From Alphaproteobacteria bacterium (GTDB taxonomy: Bacteria; Pseudomonadota; Alphaproteobacteria; Bin95): a DNA stretch of 64,000 bases. The position numbers and the translations under genes are program-made. Below, piece by piece: positions 62,867-64,000 of this stretch (its first letter is position 1; every line of letters starts with the position of its first letter). A model generated the notes under the pieces. It saw only the letters and a list, made by a program, of their open reading frames with translations, made no database searches and was not told where the DNA came from. The DNA lies in the NCBI GenBank assembly GCA_963665325.3, contig OZ224045.1, positions 64,001 to 128,000 on the forward strand, written 5' to 3'.

Positions 62867-64000
62867 ATGGAGATGACCTATGCCCCCGCTGTGCCGGAAA
62901 TCGTTCTCGCATGCCTCGCCATGGCATTGCTCATGGCCGGTGTCTTCGGGATGGAGCGGAGCCGAACGGTTTCCTGGCTGAGTGTGGTTTCTCTGGCTGT
63001 CACACTCTTGCTTGTGCTGGCCGGCGGAGCGGACCGCGTCGTCGGTTTGGGCGGGCTCTTCGTAACGGGCGCGTTCGCGGTCTACGTGAAGGCCCTGGTA
63101 CTGCTGGGCAGTGCGCTCGCCATTGTCATGTCTCTGACGTTCAACGAACGTGAAGCGCTCGACCGGTTCGAGTTTCCGATTGTGGTCCTGTTCGCCACGC
63201 TCGGAATGCTGATGATGGTATCCGCCAACGACCTGATTGCATTATATTTGGGTTTGGAGCTACAGAGCCTGTCACTCTATGTACTGGCTGCTTTTCGCCG
63301 AGACACCCTGCGTTCGAGCGAAGCCGGCCTGAAATATTTTGTACTTGGCGCACTGTCTTCGGGCATGTTGCTTTACGGTTGCTCGATGATCTACGGCTTC
63401 GTCGGGGCAACAGGCTTCGATGCAATTGCCGCGGCGGTCGGCAATGGGGGCGAGCCCTCTCTCGGTCTTGTGGTCGGATTGGTATTTCTCTTGGCCGGGC
63501 TCTGCTTCAAGGTATCCGCGGCGCCGTTCCACATGTGGACGCCGGATGTTTATGAAGGCGCCCCGACGCCGGTGACGGCGCTCTTTTCGGTAGCCCCGAA
63601 AATCGCAGCTCTGGCCCTGTTCGTCCGTGTGCTGATGGAACCGTTCGGTGATCTGGCCGACAAGTGGCAGCAGATCATCGTCATGGTTGCGATTCTTTCC
63701 ATGGTGATCGGTGCCTTTACGGCGATTGCACAAGAAAACATCAAGCGACTGATGGCGTATTCGTCCATTGGACATATCGGCTATGCTCTTGTGGGTGTTG
63801 CAACGGGCACTGAAGAGGGTGTCCGTGCGGTGCTGATTTATCTTGCCATATATCTTTTCATGAATGTCGGTGTTTTTGCGTGCATACTAGCGATGCGTCA
63901 GAAGGGTAATGCGGTCGAGAACATTTCCGATCTTGCCGGGTTTTCAAAGTCCCGGCCATTGATGGCGGGCATCTTCGCTGCCCTGATGTTCTCAATGGCG
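62867..64000 (+). CDS. nuoN: NADH-quinone oxidoreductase subunit N (partial, runs off the window)
   Basis: Manual translation: [61 protein letters not shown]. Confidence 0.96.
   Translation, partial: MEMTYAPAVPEIVLACLAMALLMAGVFGMERSRTVSWLSVVSLAVTLLLVLAGGADRVVGLGGLFVTGAFAVYVKALVLLGSALAIVMSLTFNEREALDRFEFPIVVLFATLGMLMMVSANDLIALYLGLELQSLSLYVLAAFRRDTLRSSEAGLKYFVLGALSSGMLLYGCSMIYGFVGATGFDAIAAAVGNGGEPSLGLVVGLVFLLAGLCFKVSAAPFHMWTPDVYEGAPTPVTALFSVAPKIAALALFVRVLMEPFGDLADKWQQIIVMVAILSMVIGAFTAIAQENIKRLMAYSSIGHIGYALVGVATGTEEGVRAVLIYLAIYLFMNVGVFACILAMRQKGNAVENISDLAGFSKSRPLMAGIFAALMFSMA

Overview
A GC-rich alphaproteobacterial chromosomal segment, probably Rhodospirillales-like (inferred from the nuoA-N layout, the tig-clpP-clpX-lon-hupB order and protein style). 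Bases 1-43100 are densely packed metabolic genes: an otsB-GH15-otsA trehalose cluster, rpmE, an ABC exporter, an omega-aminotransferase, a Tat-signal carotenoid oxygenase/DUF2141/LytTR module, an SbcD-like nuclease with a Rad50/YhaN-like ATPase, two TauD dioxygenases, ispB, a cysteine desulfurase-fdx-tenA trio, two tandem VOC paralogues with a CoA transferase, an intact IS5-family element, amidase-SDR-crotonase, mnmA, a BisC-like molybdoenzyme, hspQ, an MFS transporter and an orphan AceE-like E1. Bases 43141-64000 are core: tRNA-Leu, tig, clpP, clpX, lon, hupB, tRNA-Val, a transposase scar, tRNA-Asp and nuoA-N (nuoN runs off the end). The best candidates for something undescribed are (i) a ~750 bp non-coding element at 32711-33459 with a promoter, nested RNA-like stems and several different 10-bp-period repeats, (ii) the VOC pair with a Glu-to-His change at a metal-ligand position, (iii) the hook-less Mre11/Rad50-like pair and (iv) the exported carotenoid-oxygenase module. 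All calls come from reading motifs by eye; no database search or folding computation was run.
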